Position numbers and translations under genes: made by a program. 64,000 nucleotides of DNA from Mobula hypostoma (lineage: Eukaryota). The DNA lies in NCBI RefSeq assembly GCF_963921235.1, contig NC_086097.1, positions 166,534,001 through 166,598,000 on the forward strand, in the 5' to 3' direction. Shown here one piece after another: positions 23,501-38,500 of the stretch (positions are counted from its first letter, which is position 1; every line of letters begins with the position of its first letter). Under the pieces are notes generated by a model, which saw only the letters and a list, made by a program, of their open reading frames with translations, did no database searches and had not been told where the DNA came from.

Positions 23501-26500
23501 GAAAGAATGTGTGTATATAAATAACGGATGGGGTACGAGGGGGAGGTGGGGCATTAGTGGAAGTTAGAGAAGTCAATGTTCATGCCATCAGGTTGGAGGC
23601 TACCCAGACGGAATATAAGGTGTTGTTCCTCCAACCTGAGTGTGGGTTCATCTTTACATTAGAGGAGGCCGTGGATAGACATATCAGAATGGGAATGGGA
23701 TGTGGAATTAAAATGTGTGGCCACTGAGAGATTCTGCTTTCTCTGGCGGACAGAGCGTAGGTGTTCAGCAAAACGATCTACTGTCTCACATATCTCTCAT
23801 CTTGCAGAGGAATTGGTGACTGATAACTTAAAGATACAATAATAAAGTCATGAAGCAGATCCCATTACCTGCATTTGGCCCATGTCTCTCGGACCACCTT
23901 CTCATAGATCTTGATTTGCCTCAGAATCATTTTCAGACTTGTGATCATTATTAAAACTCACAATATACATTTCAGGGCGCCAGTTAAAATTTAGATTTGT
24001 AATATACTGTTAGAATACTTGTGAAGTGCTATAAATTAAAAGGGTTTATAAGATAATGAAAAAAATTGAACTGATGAACTCAAATGAACACCTGTAATGT
24101 CTTTTGTTATCAATACTTTGTCTTCCTTAACTGTCTGTTCACTGTAGTTTCTTTCACGCTGCAAAGTAAGTAAATTTCACTTATTTTCATTGTATCTTGG
24201 AATTGTGACTACTTTCTTATATTTAAATTTTAAATTACATGGCAAAGTTGGAGTACTTGTACTTTCTAGCACATTCCAAATGATTTCAAGTTAAACTTAG
24301 AGGCGTTGGAAGATTATGGAAAGAGGGCAGAAAAATGGGGTTGAGAGGGAAAAAGGATCAGCCATGATGAAATGGTGGAGCAGACTCAATAGGCCGAATG
24401 GCCCAATTATGCTCCTATGTTTTATGCTCTTACGGTGTTCTACTGCATCCATTTACTTTACAGGTGTTAGAATTTTCTTGTTTGGGAGATAATGTTAAGG
24501 TTTGCTGTAATCCTGTCCTGTCTTGTCCATACTGCACCAACCACTGCCGCTGGGCTATAATCGTGCAGGAGCAATGTGTGGTTAAGTGCCTTGCTCAAGG
24601 ACACAACACGCTACCTCGGCTGAGGCTCGAGCTCGCGACCTTCAGATCACTAGTCCCAACGCCTTAACCACTTGGCCATGCGCCACATCTAGTAGATAGT
24701 AGACTTGAAGCCACTGTGTGTACCACTGATGCAAGGACTGAATGTTTAAGGTGGTGAAAACAACTGCTTTGTTTGGAGCAGCATTCATTGTGGGACATGG
24801 AGAATATTTTGTTAAATTTCTAATTACTGTCTTGCAGGTGATATCGTATCACCACAGAATACCTAGTTTCTGACTGCTATTGTAACCTCTTCAGTGGTGC
24901 TAGAAATTTTGTGAACCCTGTAGAATATTCTACATTTCTGCATAAATATGACCTAAAATGTAATCAGATCAGACCCAAGTCCTAAAACTAGAATCCAATT
25001 AAATAACTAATATAAAACATTATACTTGTAAATTTATTTACTGAGAAAAATGACTCAATATTACATGTATTTGTTGGAAAATGTTTGTGAACCTTTGAGT
25101 AACTGGTGTGACCCCTCTCCCCCCCCGCCCCCCGTACGGCAATAACTTCCACCAAACGTTTCCGGTAACTGTTGATCAGTCCTGCACATTGGCTTGGAGA
25201 AAGTTTAGGCCATTCCTCCTTACAAAACTGTTTCAACTCTGGGATGTTGGTGGGCTTCCTTGCATGAACTGCTTGCTTCAGGTCTTTCCACAACATTTTT
25301 ATAGGATTAAGGTCAGGACTTTGACCTTTTCTCAGACACGAATTTTCTTCTTTTTAAACCATTCTGTTGTTGATTTTCTCTTGTCTTTTGGATCATTGTC
25401 TTGTTGCATTATCCAACTTCTATTGAACTTCAGGTGACAGACTGCTACCCTGACATTCTCCTGTAAATTGTCTTGATACAATATCGAATTCATTGTTCCC
25501 TCAACGATTGTAAACTGTCCAGGCCCTGAGGCAGCAAAGCAGCCCCAAACCATGATGCTCCTTCCACCATGCTTCACAGTCAAGATGAGGTTTTGGTGTT
25601 GATGTGCAGTGCTAAAAAGTTCAACATTTTTCTCATCTGTCCACAGCACATTGTCCCAGAAACATTGTAGAACATCCAGGTGGTCTTTGGTAAACTTGAG
25701 ATGTCCAGCAACGTTTTTTTTTGGAGAGCAGTGGTTTTCCTCTGTGGTGTCCTTCCATGAACACCATTCTTGTTCAGTGTCTTTCTTGTAGTGGACATAT
25801 GAACAGAGACATTAGCAAATTCTAGAAATCTCTGCAGGTCTGTTCATGTGATATTTGCGGGATGCCCACTCCTAGGGAGAGTAGCAACAGTACTGAGTTT
25901 CCTCCATTTGAGACAATTTCTGATGAACACAGGTCTTTAGAAGTGCTTATGTAGCCTTTTCTAGCTTGATGCATCTCTACAATTCTTCTAAGGTCCTCTG
26001 AAAGTTGTTTTGATTGAGGCGTGGTGAACATAAACGGATATTTCTTGAGAAGAGCAGGCTCTGTCAGTAACCTGACTTTGCCTGTCTTTTTAATAGGGCG
26101 GGGCATCTCTACAGCCCACACCTCCAATCTTATCTCATTGATTGGCACACCTGACTCCACATTGCTTTTATAGAAGGTATTACTCCAGAGGTTCACCTAC
26201 TTTTTCCCAACAAATACATGTAACATTGGATAATTTTTCTCAAATAAGTGAAAAAGTATAATTATTTGTGGGTATTTATTTAAGTGGGTTCTCTTTATCT
26301 AGTTTTAGGTCTTGTCTGAAGATCTGATCACATTTTAGGTGATATTTATGCAGAAATAGAGAGGGTTCACAGACTTTCTAATTCCACTGTATATTTGGGT
26401 GAATGGCCTAGTTAGGTTTCAGATTGATGCTGAATACCTCCTAGACTCTCTGTTAATGCTGTGGGATTTGATTTTGGTGACCATTGATTGCCAAAGTGAG

Positions 26501-29500
26501 GTGGTGGATTGTTCTGTTGTCTTTGCTTTACAGTTGAGTAGCCTAATTAGGAATCCTGTCATAGTTGGCAATAAGACACAGAGCAGAATTAGGCCATTCA
26601 GCCCATCGAATCTGCTCTGCCATTCCATCAGGGTTGATTTTATTATCCTTCTCCATTTCATTCTCCTGCTTCCTCCCCGGAACTTTTGATGCCCTTACTA
26701 ATAAAGAACCTGTCAACCTCTGCATTAAATATACCCAGTGACTTGGCCTCTACAGCAATCTATGCCAATGAATTGCACAGATTCACCACCCTCTGGTTGA
26801 AGAAGTTCCTCCTTATCTCTGTTCTAAATGGGTGTCCTTCTGAGGCTGTGCCCTCCAGTCATAGATTCCCCCTGTACAGGAAACATCCTCCTCATGTAAA
26901 CTCTGCTTAGGGCTTTCAATATTCAATTAGGTCTTAGTGAGACTTTCCTCCCCTCCCCCCCACCCTGCTTACCTTTCATTCCTGGGATAATTCTCCTGAG
27001 CCACTTCCACATCCTCTCCAATGCCAGCATATCTGTTGTTAGATAAGGGACCCAGAACTGCTCGCAGTACTCCGTGCAGTTTGATCAATGCCTTATAAAG
27101 ATTCAGCAATATATCCTTGCTTTTATATTCTAGTCCTCTCAAATAATGGCATGAGTGCTTTGTCATCTGAAGTGTTGTGAATTGAGGTAAAGGTGGGGTA
27201 ATCATCAACAAATGCTTTATCATTTCTGATGTTTATGTTGGCAGAAAAGTTCCTAGATTGATTGGTCCAAAGCAAATTCATGTTTATTTACTTTCAACCA
27301 CATACATGTACGTCACCAAATGAAGCAACATTTCTCCGGACCAAGGTACACACTACAGTTCATATAACTCACACAAACACACAAATAATAAGGTGCATTT
27401 ATGACGTAAGTTAAAGAGAAAACAATATAATGCTACTAGTGCTTCATAAATGATGAGACCTGGATAGTGGCAGGGAGTTCAGTAGACTCACAGCCTCTGG
27501 GAAGCAGGTGTTTCCTATCCTAACACTTCTTATCCTATTGCTGTCCAGAAGACTAAGGAGATTATTGTGGACTTCAGGCATGCTAGGAGCCACACTCATG
27601 TCCCCATCTACATCAACGGAGCTGTAGTGGAGCGTGTATCAAGCTTTAAATTCCTTGGTATCCACATTTCCGATGATCTCACCTGGTCCCTGAACTCATT
27701 GTGTCATTGGGTGTATTTAAGGCAGAGATTGATAGGTATCTGAGTAGCCAGGGCACCAAAGGTTATGGTGAGAAGGTGGGGGAGTGGGACTAAATGGGAG
27801 AATGGATCAGCTCATGATAAAATGGCTGAGCAGACTCGATGGGCCGAATGGCTGACTTCTGCTCCTTTGTCTTATGGTCAAACTCCTCCATCCTGATCAA
27901 AAAGGCACGACAGCACCTATATTTCCTGTGGAGCATCAAGAAAGCTCACCTCTGTCCCAGGATTACCGATGGACTTTTACTGCTGTACCATTGAGAGCAT
28001 ACTCACCAACTGCATCTCAGTGTGGTATGGCAATTGTCCCATATCAGACCGCAAAGTACTCCAGCAGGTGGTGAAAACTGCCCAGTGGATTATCGACACC
28101 CAATTGCCCACCGTTGAGAACGTGTACCATAAATGCTGCCTGGGCAGGGCGTAAAGCATTATCAAGGATGCATCTCACCCTAACCATGGACTTTTTACTC
28201 TCCTTCCATCCGGTAGGCACTACAGGAGCCTCCGCTCCCGCACCAGCAGGCACAGGAAGAGCTTCTTCCCTGAGGCTGTGACCCTGCTAAACCTCACATC
28301 ACAGCGCAAAGCAGTATTGCACCCATATTGTACTGTCTCTGTACTTTTATATTTGTATACTGTAGCACTTTTTATTCAGTTATTTTGTAAATTTTGCACT
28401 TCTAGTCAGATGCATTTCATTGGCTTTGTATCTGTACTGAGACAATAAAATTGAATCTAATCTAATCTAATTCTGCTTGATGGTAAATGGAGATGGTTGG
28501 ATGACTGGGAAGGATCATTGACAATGCTGAGGGCCTGTGTAAGCAGTGCTCCTGATAAATATTTGATGGATGGACAACATCCCAATGAGCCTCTCAGCAG
28601 TCGTTGCAATCCTTTGTAGGTTCTTGTTGTATGCTTTGCAATTCCCATACCAGGTGGTGATGCAGCCACTCAGGATACTCTCGGTGGTGTTCCTGTTTTT
28701 TTAAAATAAATGGTTAGAATGGAGTGAGGGGGGTGAAGAGTCCCTCTTGTCTTAATCTCAGTGGAGATGCTGTTGTGCTTTCTTTTTTTTGTGCATTTTC
28801 TAAGGAACTTTTGTTTCCAACAACTGTGGGCATGTTTCTTTTTGTTAAGTATGATGGTTTTTCTCCAATTCCCAATGAGTTGAAGTCAAATGCTCTTTAT
28901 GTTGAGGGCAGTTATTAACACCTAACCTCATGTTTGAATACTGGCCGTAATGAAACAGTAAGTTCTGACAATTCAAAAGAAAATCAGAGAATCTTTTCAG
29001 CCCAGAGGAGGCCATTTGATCCACGTTGGCCCCTTTTGAATCAAATTGATATTTGAATCTTCTCTCTATATTTTGCTTAAACCTGTTTAATTCACATCTG
29101 TGAATTGTTCCCCTAATCTTTCTTCCAAAGAGAAGAACCGTGACTTCTCCAGCCTAACCTCATAGCTCATTTATGGAACCACTCAAGTGAATCTCTCAAC
29201 TTATCAGGAAATACATGAATATTCCAATATGTGTGATCAGAAATAAATATTATGCTGCAGTCAATGTATTACAAAGATATAATCTTGCTGCTTTTTGTAC
29301 TCTGCCTCTGATCTCATAATCTTGTTAGCCCTACTAACCACTATCTCACCAGGTCCCTGCATAACCTTCAGGGCTCAGTTATTTTGTTTGCCTTCATTCT
29401 TTGTACCAAAATACAGCACTTCATGCTTCTCAATTAAATTTCATTTTGGTATTTAACCAGCCAATCTTCAAGACTTTCTTGTCTTTTAAGTTAGGTTTTA

Positions 29501-32500
29501 ATGTTATCTGAAAACTTTGAAATTTATGCCACATAATCAAATCAAAGTAACTGTTAATTTTTATTTTGCAATCCAATGACTATGTAGGCTTGTGTTCACT
29601 CCATCCCACAGTTTTCTAGTTAAAGAAGATAATATAGTTCTCTCAGAGTACGAGCAGGGGGCAGGAGGTGGTGGTAAGTTGACAAATCAATAATTAGCAC
29701 AAGAACTGAATAGGGAATTAACATTCAACACACACAAAAAATGCTGGTGAACGCGGCAGGCTAGGCAGCATCTATAGGAAGAGGAACAGTCGACGTTTTG
29801 GGCCGGGACCCTTTGTCAGGACTAACTGAAAGAAGAGATAGTAACAGATTTGAAAGTAGGAGGGGGAGATCCGAAATGATAGAAGACAGGAGGGGAGGGG
29901 TGGATCTAAGAGCTGGAAGGTTGATTGGCAAAAGGGATACCAGACTGTAGAAGGGAGAGGATCATGGGACATGGAAGCCTGGGGAGAGAGAGAAAGGGGG
30001 AAGGGAGCCCGGAGAGTGGAGAGCAGGCAAGGGGTTAGAGTGAGAGGGACAGAGGGAGAAAAGAGAGAGAAGAAAAGGGGGGGGGAAGAATAAAAAACAT
30101 ATTAAATAAATAAATAAGGGATGGGGTGTGAAGGGGAGGAGGGGCATTAACGGAAGTTAGAGAAGTCAATATTCATGCCATCAGGTTGGAGGCTACCCAG
30201 ACGTAATATAAGGTGTTGTACCTTCAACCTGAGTATGGCTTCATCTTGACAGTAGAGGAGGCCGTGGATTGACATATCAGAATGGGAATGGGACATAGAA
30301 TATGTGGCCACTGGGAGATCCTGCTTTCTCTGGCGGACAGAGTGTAGGTGTTCAGGAAAGCGGTCTCCCAGTCTGCATCGGGTCTCGCCAATATATAGAA
30401 GGCTGCAGCGGGAGCACCTGACGCAGTATATCACCCCAGCCGACTCACAGGTGAAGTGTCACCTCCCTTGGAAGGACTGTCTGGGGCCCTGAATGGTGGT
30501 GAGGGAGGAAGTGTAAGGGCATGTGTAGCACTTGTTCCGCTTACAAGGAGAAGTGCTGGGAGGGAGATTGGTGGGAAGGGATGGGGGGGACGAATGGACA
30601 AGGGAGTCGCGTAGGAAGCGATCCCTGCAGAAAGCAGAGAGAGTGGGGGAGGGAAAGATGTGCGTAGTGGTGGGATCTTGTTGGAGGTGGAGAATTATAT
30701 GTTGGATCCGGAGGCTGGTGGGGTGGTGGGTAAGGACAAGGGGAACCCTATTCCTAGTGGGGTGGCGGGAGGATGGGGTGAGAGCAGATACACGTGAAAT
30801 GGGAGAGATGCATTTTAGAGAAGAGTTGATGGTGAAGGAAGGGAAGCCTCTTTTAAAAAGGAGGACATCTCCCTCGTCCTGGAATGAAAAGCCTCATCCT
30901 GAGAGCAGATGCGGCAGAGACGGAGGAATTGCGAGAAGGGGATGGCATTTTTGCAAGAGACAGGGTGGGAAGAAGAATAGTCCAGCTAGCTGTGAGAGTC
31001 CATAGGCTTATAGTAGACATCAGTAGATTAGCTGTCTCCAGAGATAGAGACAGAAAGATCAAGAAAGGGGAGGGAGGTGTCGGAAATGGACCAGGTAAAC
31101 TTGAGAGCAGGGTGAAAGGCTAAAGTTGACTGGAAAGGGACACTCGCGGGAAGGACGGCAGAGCAGCAGTCACTGGAATTTATGCGAAAAGTGAGGGAGG
31201 TGCAAGACAGGTATATTCCAAAAAAGAAGAAATTTTCAAATGGAAAACGGATGCAAACGTAGCTGACAAGAGAAGTCAAAGCCAAAGTTTTAAAGCAAAG
31301 GAAAGAGCATACAAGGAAGCAAAAATTAGTGGGAAGACAGAGGATTGGGAAGCTTTTAAAAGCTTACAAAAGGAAACTAAGAAGGTCATTAAGAGAGAAA
31401 AGATGAACTATGAAAGGAAGCTAGCAAATAATATCAAAGAGGATACTAAAAGCTTTTTCAAGTACATAAAGAGTAAAAGACAAGTGGGAGTAGATATAGG
31501 ACTGATAGAAAATGATGCTGGAGAAACTGTAATGGGAGATGAGATGGTGGAGGAACTGAACGAGTATTTTGCATCAGTCTTCACTGAGGAAGACATCAGC
31601 AGTATACCGGACGCTCAAGGGTGGCAGGGAAGAGAAGTGTGCACAGTCACAATTACAACAGAGAAAGTACTCAGGAAGCTGAATAGTCTTATGGTAGTTA
31701 AAACTCCTGGACCAGATGGAATGCACCCTCGTGTTCTGAAGGAAGTAGCTGTGGAGATTGCGGAGGCATTAGCGATGATCTTTCAAAAGTCAATAGATTC
31801 TGGCATGGTTCCGGAGGACTGGAAGATTGCAAGTGTCACTCCGCTATTTAAGAAGGGGGCAAGGAAGCAAAAAGGAAATTATAGACCTGTTAGCTTGACA
31901 TCGGTGGTTGGGAAGTTGTTGGAGTCAATTGTCAAGGATGAGGTTACGGAGTACCTGGAGGCATATGACAAGATAGGCAGAACTCAGCATGGTTTCCTTA
32001 AAGGAAATTCCTGCCTGACAAACCTATTACAATTTTTTGAGGAAATTATAAGTAGGCTAGACAAGGGAGATGCAAGATTTTGTATATTTGGATTTTTAGA
32101 AGGCCTTTGACAAGGTGCCACACGAGGCTGCTTAACAAGATGCGAGCCCATGGAATTACGGGAAAGTGACATACATACGTGGATAGGGCTTTGGTTGATT
32201 GGCAGGAAGCAGAGAGTGGGAATAAAGGGATCCTATTCTGGTTGGCTGCCGGTTACCAGTGGTGTTCCACAGGAGTCCGTGTTGGGGCTGCTTTTTTTTA
32301 CGTTGTACATCAGCGATTTGGATTATGGAATAGATGGCTTTGTGGCTAAGTTTGCTGATGATATGAAGATAGGTGGAGGGGCTGGTAGTGCTGAGGAAAT
32401 AGTTTGCAGAAAGACTTGGATAGGTTGGAAGCTGGGCAAAGAAGTGGCAAATGAAATACAGTGTTGGAAAGTGTATGGTTATGCACTTTGGCAGAAGAAA

Positions 32501-35500
32501 TAAATGGGCAGACTATTATTTAAATGGGGAGAGAATTCAAAGTTCTGAGATACAACAGGACTTGGGAGTCCTTGTGCAGGATACCCTTAAGGTTAACCTC
32601 CAGGTTGAGTCGGTGGTGAAGAAGGCGAATGCAATGTTGGCATTCATTTCTAGAGGAATAGAGTATAGGAGCAGAGATGTGATGTTGAGGCTCTATAAGG
32701 CACTGGTAAGACCTCACTTGGAGTACTGTGGGCAGTTTTGATCTCCTTATTTAAGAAGGGATGTGCTGATGTTGGAGAGGGTACAGAGAATATTCACTAG
32801 AATGATTCGGGGAATGAGAGGGTTAATATGAGGAATGTTTGTCCGCTCTTGGCCTGTATTCCTTGGAGTTTAGAAGAATGAGGGGAGACCTCATAGAAAC
32901 ATTTTGAATGTTGAAAAGCATGGACAGAGTGGATGTGGCAAAGTTGTTTCCTATGATGGGGGAGTCCAGTGTGAGAGGGCATGACTTAAGGATTGAAGGG
33001 TGCCCATTCAGAACAAGGATGCGAAGAATTTTTTTTAGCCAGAGGGTGGTGAATCTATGGAATTTGTTGCCACAGGTGGCAGTGGAGGCCAAGTCACTGG
33101 GTGTATTTAAGGTAGAGATTGATAGGTATCTGAGTAGCCAGGCCATGAAAGGTTATGGTTAGAAGGCGAGGGAGTGGGACTAAATGGGTGAATGGATCAG
33201 CTCATGATAAAATGGCGGAGCAGACTCGATGGGCTGAATAGCCGACTTCTGCTCTTTTGGCTTACGGTCTTATGGAAAGTTGGAGGCAAAGTGAATGAAG
33301 TCAACAAGCTCAGCATGCGTGCAGGAAGCAGCGCCAATGCAGTGGTTGATGTAGTGAAGGAAAAGAGGGGGACGGATACCAGTATAGGCTTGGAACATGG
33401 ATTGTTCCACAAAGCCAACGAAAAGGCAGGCATAGCTAGGACCCATACGGGTGCCCATGGCTATACCTTTAGTTTGGAGGAAGTGGGAGGAGCCAAAGGA
33501 GAAATTGTTAAGAGTAAGGACTAATTCCGCTAGACAGAGGAGAGTGGTGGTAGAGGGGAACTAGTTAGGTCTGGAATCCAAAAAGAAGTGGAGAGCTTTG
33601 AGACCTTCCTGGTGGGGAATGGAGGTATCTAGGGACTGAACATCCATGGGGAAAATAAAGCAGTGGGGGCCAGGGAACTTAAAATTATTGAAAAGATTCA
33701 GAGTGTGAGAAGTGTCACGAACATAGGTGGGAAGGAATTGAACAAGCGGGGAATAAAAGAGTGTTGAGGTATGCTGAAATAAGTTCGGTGGGGCAGGAGC
33801 AAGCTGAGACAATGGGTCTTTTGTAGGAAATTAAATCCATATTTGCATTCGGTCAATCACTTTAATGTTGACCATTCAGTTGTTCGAGTACATTCAAACC
33901 TAGAAATGATATTCTCTTCTAAACATTCAGATTTTAAATTTTTTTGTACAATATTTTTTCCATGGTTCAGATGACTTGATTGAAACTGTCTTTAAGTTGA
34001 CTTTGCCACTTGAGCAAATATGTTAGGAAGATAAAGACTTTTTTTTAATCAAAGCCCATTCTTACAAAATTCTTACAAAGAAATTACTCTGGAGTTGTTG
34101 GTTCCTGTTGCTTACAAATCTTTCGCTTAAGTGGGGAATGTGAAAAAGTTATATTAAGAATATTTTAATTAACTTCTGAGAAAATTGATACTATATAAGT
34201 AATTCATTAACTTTAGTAATCTTATCTGTACAATATTAATATTGCTAGCCATACCTTCTGCAGTTTGTATTCCTTTCAGTCCAGTTGTGGTCTACAAAAG
34301 CTATTTGTTTTGTTTCAAGTATATTTTTTTTGTTCAGAGTGGGCCAAATTTTTACCTTCTGTTGGTTCCTACTAATGTGATTGTCCATAGTCAGTTATAA
34401 CATGTTTGTACATCCAGTATTCTGCCTATTACTGAATTGGCTATGTTTGAGTGAGTGATCCAGCTTGTTTATTATACATTTCATTGGTATGAAGTTAGTT
34501 TGCACTGAGTAGATCCCTATCCTGTGATTGATTTCCATTTTCTCCACAGAGCCTTTGAACAGGCTGGAATGATGCTGAAGGTTGGTTACTTGGCTATTTT
34601 AAACTCTTAAAAATTTATTTCTTTAAAAGTCAATAAATCTTTCTTTACAGATATACGAAATACAAAATGAATTTATTTCTGACAAGTGGTACAAATATTT
34701 ATTTCAACCCATAAATAGTGTGGTAGCTTTAATACATGATTTCTTAGCGTACAGTATTATTAGTACTTCATTGTTTATGGAAGTAAACTTGCATGCTTTC
34801 ATTTTATTTAGTTGAGTGGATCCTTGCACTTTTATTCAGGTAGAATTTGTCGATATGAATAGCTGATTTATTGTATCAAGCTATCCAAATAATTTTTAAT
34901 TATGTTCACAAAATAACAAGTTAATTACCAGGTATTTCTTTTTTTTTAAAAAAAACTTATTGCTTTCATCAAATGATTCTTAATTTTTTGATGTGGAACT
35001 GTAATAAACTGTAATAAGTGAACTCTTCACTTTAAGAGCCTGTCATTTCTCTGAAATGAAAACACAAAGTGCTGGCAATATTCAACAAGTAAGCCATCAT
35101 CTGTGGAGAAAGAAACAATTATTGTTTCAGTTTGCTGATACTTCATCAGAACTGGAGACATGTTTACTTACCAAATGTTCCCAGTATTTTCTATTTTTAT
35201 TTTTGAGTTTTGGGTATTTGCAGTATTTAGTTTTTGGATTTCTCTTGTCTCCCTTTGCCTGAAAGATTGAAAATCTAAATACATGGTGCTCATTGTGTCA
35301 TTTTGACATCAATTAACTGGAACATGAGTATATTCATTAAAGATATTTAGTGACATTTTTTAGGAGGATGGAATTTGTGAATCTGCTACAACATATGTAA
35401 TTACTTACAAAGGAGTTTTATTAAGTGTACAAAGGGAGTAGTTTGCCCCTGATATTGCACTTTGGTCTCATCATTAATTCCACATTGTACTGTATTGTGT

Positions 35501-38500
35501 AGATTGATATTGACATCTATTTGTTAATTGCAATGTGCCTAATGAAATGTGTATAATAGAATGTTTTAATATAGGAAATGCAGAAGTTGCCTGAAGCAGT
35601 TCAGCTCATTGAGAAAGCCAGCATGATGTTTGTAGAGAATGGAACACCTGACACTGCTGCCATGGCACTAGACCGTGCTGGAAAGTAAGAAATTCAAAGC
35701 CATAGCAATTGAACAATTCATAAACATGAGATTCTGCAGATGCTGGAAATCTTGTACAACTTATGCAAAGGAGCAACTCAGCTAGTCAGGCAGCATCTAT
35801 GGAGGGTAATAAACTGTTGATGTTTTGGGCTAAAACGCTTCATCAGGACTGGAAATGCAGAGGGCAGAAGTCAGAATAAGATTATGTGGGAGGGGGAAGC
35901 AGGTGATAGGTTGGTGGGGGAGGGGAAATGAAGTATGCAGCCAGAAGGTGATTGATGCTGCCTGACTTACTGAGCTCCTCCAGCATTTTGTGTATATTGA
36001 ACAGCTCAGAATTTTGTACTGGCAATTAACCAGCTTTTGTATTGAACCCAACTAGGAGGAATGTGCATCACTGTAGTTTGCATTTTACATTGATTTTATC
36101 CTCTATGGTCCGCAATGTTTTTTTATTTTTACAAAGCAGTACTCTTTCCATTGTACAAATTATTTGCATTGCTGCAAGTGTATCTCTACAAATGTCTTAA
36201 TGTAAATTCTGAGTAGTTTCAAAATATAGAGAATGTAAAAGACCATCTAGAAATATTGTTCATAAAAGCTTAATTTTAAATACCTATTTAATATTATTGC
36301 TATACCTTTATTCTCCGCAAATGGATTGCTCTTCTGCTTCACTTGAGTTGATGGTAATGAATACTGGGATCGTGACTCATTCCACCGATATCAGGATACA
36401 ATATAGCTTGATTTCAGTATAGAAGTACAGTACTCAGTGTTGCATTACTCCTTACACATATGTTATGCCAGGGCCCTATTCTCCCTTGCATATCCAGCGA
36501 CTGTCAAGAATCTTGGCACCATCCAGAACAAAGCAACTAGATCACGGGACACCCCATCCACAGCTCTAAACATTCATTCCCTAAGCCACTGGCACATCCT
36601 GCAGAGTGCACTACAGTTGCTTGCGTAAGGTACTGTAATAGTACTTCCCAAACCCACAGGTTCCATCACCAGGAGGGACAATGTCAATAGGTTTATGGGG
36701 ATCATTCATGTTTAAGGTTGCTAGTTCTAAGAACTGCAACTCTCTACCCAGTAGCATTGTAGGCATACATTCACCAGAATAACTGCATTTCAAGGGCGTT
36801 TAGGGTTTTTCCAGTGATGCCCACATTGCAAAACAATAACTTCTCCCAATCCTGATTCTATTTGAAACCCATTCATGACTGGAAAACAAATGTATTTATC
36901 CACCCGATTATGAACACTGCACTTCATGTTTTCTCCTATTTTGTTTCCTTATCTTAATGTCAGCTCCCAATCTGTGTTTGTGTCCAGTTTTTAGTTAAAT
37001 CTTTTCCTTGTGCCTATTGTTCCTCCTCTCTGAACTGGGTTGATGAAAGAGCAGTGCCTGCAGCTGTATTGTATATTTTACAGTGAAAAGTCTTCTATGA
37101 AGTGAAAAAGAATTCTATTATGTTTCAGGCTGATAGAAAATGTAAACTTGGAAAAAGCTGTTGACCTGTACCAGCAGGCTGCCTCCGTATTTGAGGTAGG
37201 TTGTGGATAACCAAGGTTGTTGTTTTTTATTTGAATTGTTGATTTAAAGAGAACTTTGGATGTATATTTGTTTTCATCATTAAAATCCAAGGAGAATAAA
37301 CAAAGGTAGATAATAGCAAATTATGGAGTTTGTGCAGAGTACTTATCACTTTGGTTTCCGGAAGGCTGGCATGTCACTGGAAATCCAGTAACAATCAAGA
37401 GGCCTAAATGTGATTATTAAGGGCTGTCTTTCCCTTAACATAAATCAGTAACTAGTGTTATACCATGATTTAATAGAACATTTTGTTGTGTTAAGTTTCA
37501 ATAGAATAGTGAAAATAATTGTAGAGAAGGACTTGAGTATTGTCTGCAGAGAACGTTGAGATTTGGAAGGCGTGTATAAAATCTGATTGCACTTGCAGAT
37601 AGTTACCTTACTCTTTAAACTGATTAAAATTGTGAGTAAAATGCTGTGGAGAAAAGCACTTTTATTCTAATATGTATGTTCATCCTCTATGAAGAGGATG
37701 GGAACAGATTCAGTCTTCAAAAGGGAATTGGTTTTGAGAATGATTTCCAAGGTAATCGTAGAGGGCAGGGGGTATGGGGCTAACAAGATGCCCCTATTAA
37801 TTGCCAATATAGACTTGATGGATTGGCTGATCCTCTCTGCCACACCAAAACTGATTCTGTGAGGTAAAGTACTTGGAAGAAAAACCATTGGGGATGTTTG
37901 GCTCTGATCAAGTAAGTAAAGGTGAATTCAAAGAAAATGTAATCTCAAATTGGAGATCAGAGAAGAGGCATGGTGAAAGATGATGGATGTAGCCAGTTGC
38001 GTTATAGACTGCAGAGCAGTTCTGGCATTAGTGTATTCTGGTCACAGTCACAGAAAGCCATACTGAATCTCTGGTAAAGCAAGGTCGAGGACAGCACTAA
38101 CCTGAAAAAAATCCCTGAATTTATCAGTGACAGTTTTTTTTATGCCTCAGTGTAATTAGTGAAAGAATTTTCAAGCAGTTGAATAAAATATGTTGGCTTT
38201 GTAATCTAAATAACTTTTTATTTTATAGAATGAAGACCGTTTGCGTCAGTCTGCTGAATTGCTAGGAAAAGTTTCAAGGCTACTTGTCAGGGCTCGAAGG
38301 TAAGTGCCTTTTCCAATACAAAGTTTAGCTAAAGACTCAAAATGAATGTAAGTAAAGAGAAGGATATTTTCTATTCATGAAATGTCTGCAATTGTTGTTA
38401 TGTTTTGTTAAAAAAATGTATTTTGGTTTGGATCATGTAAACTTGAGAGTAATTCTATAAAGGAATGTCTGCTATCTCCTTGCTGGTCAGCTCATCTCCT

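Noticed and set aside
24600..24686. tRNA gene
   Set aside because: Has A/B-box-like motifs but no convincing cloverleaf and runs into a SINE core, so it is a SINE head.
31403..32741. Long ORFs as an active LINE or cellular RT gene
   Set aside because: 5'-truncated CR1 ORF2 with frameshifts and stops.
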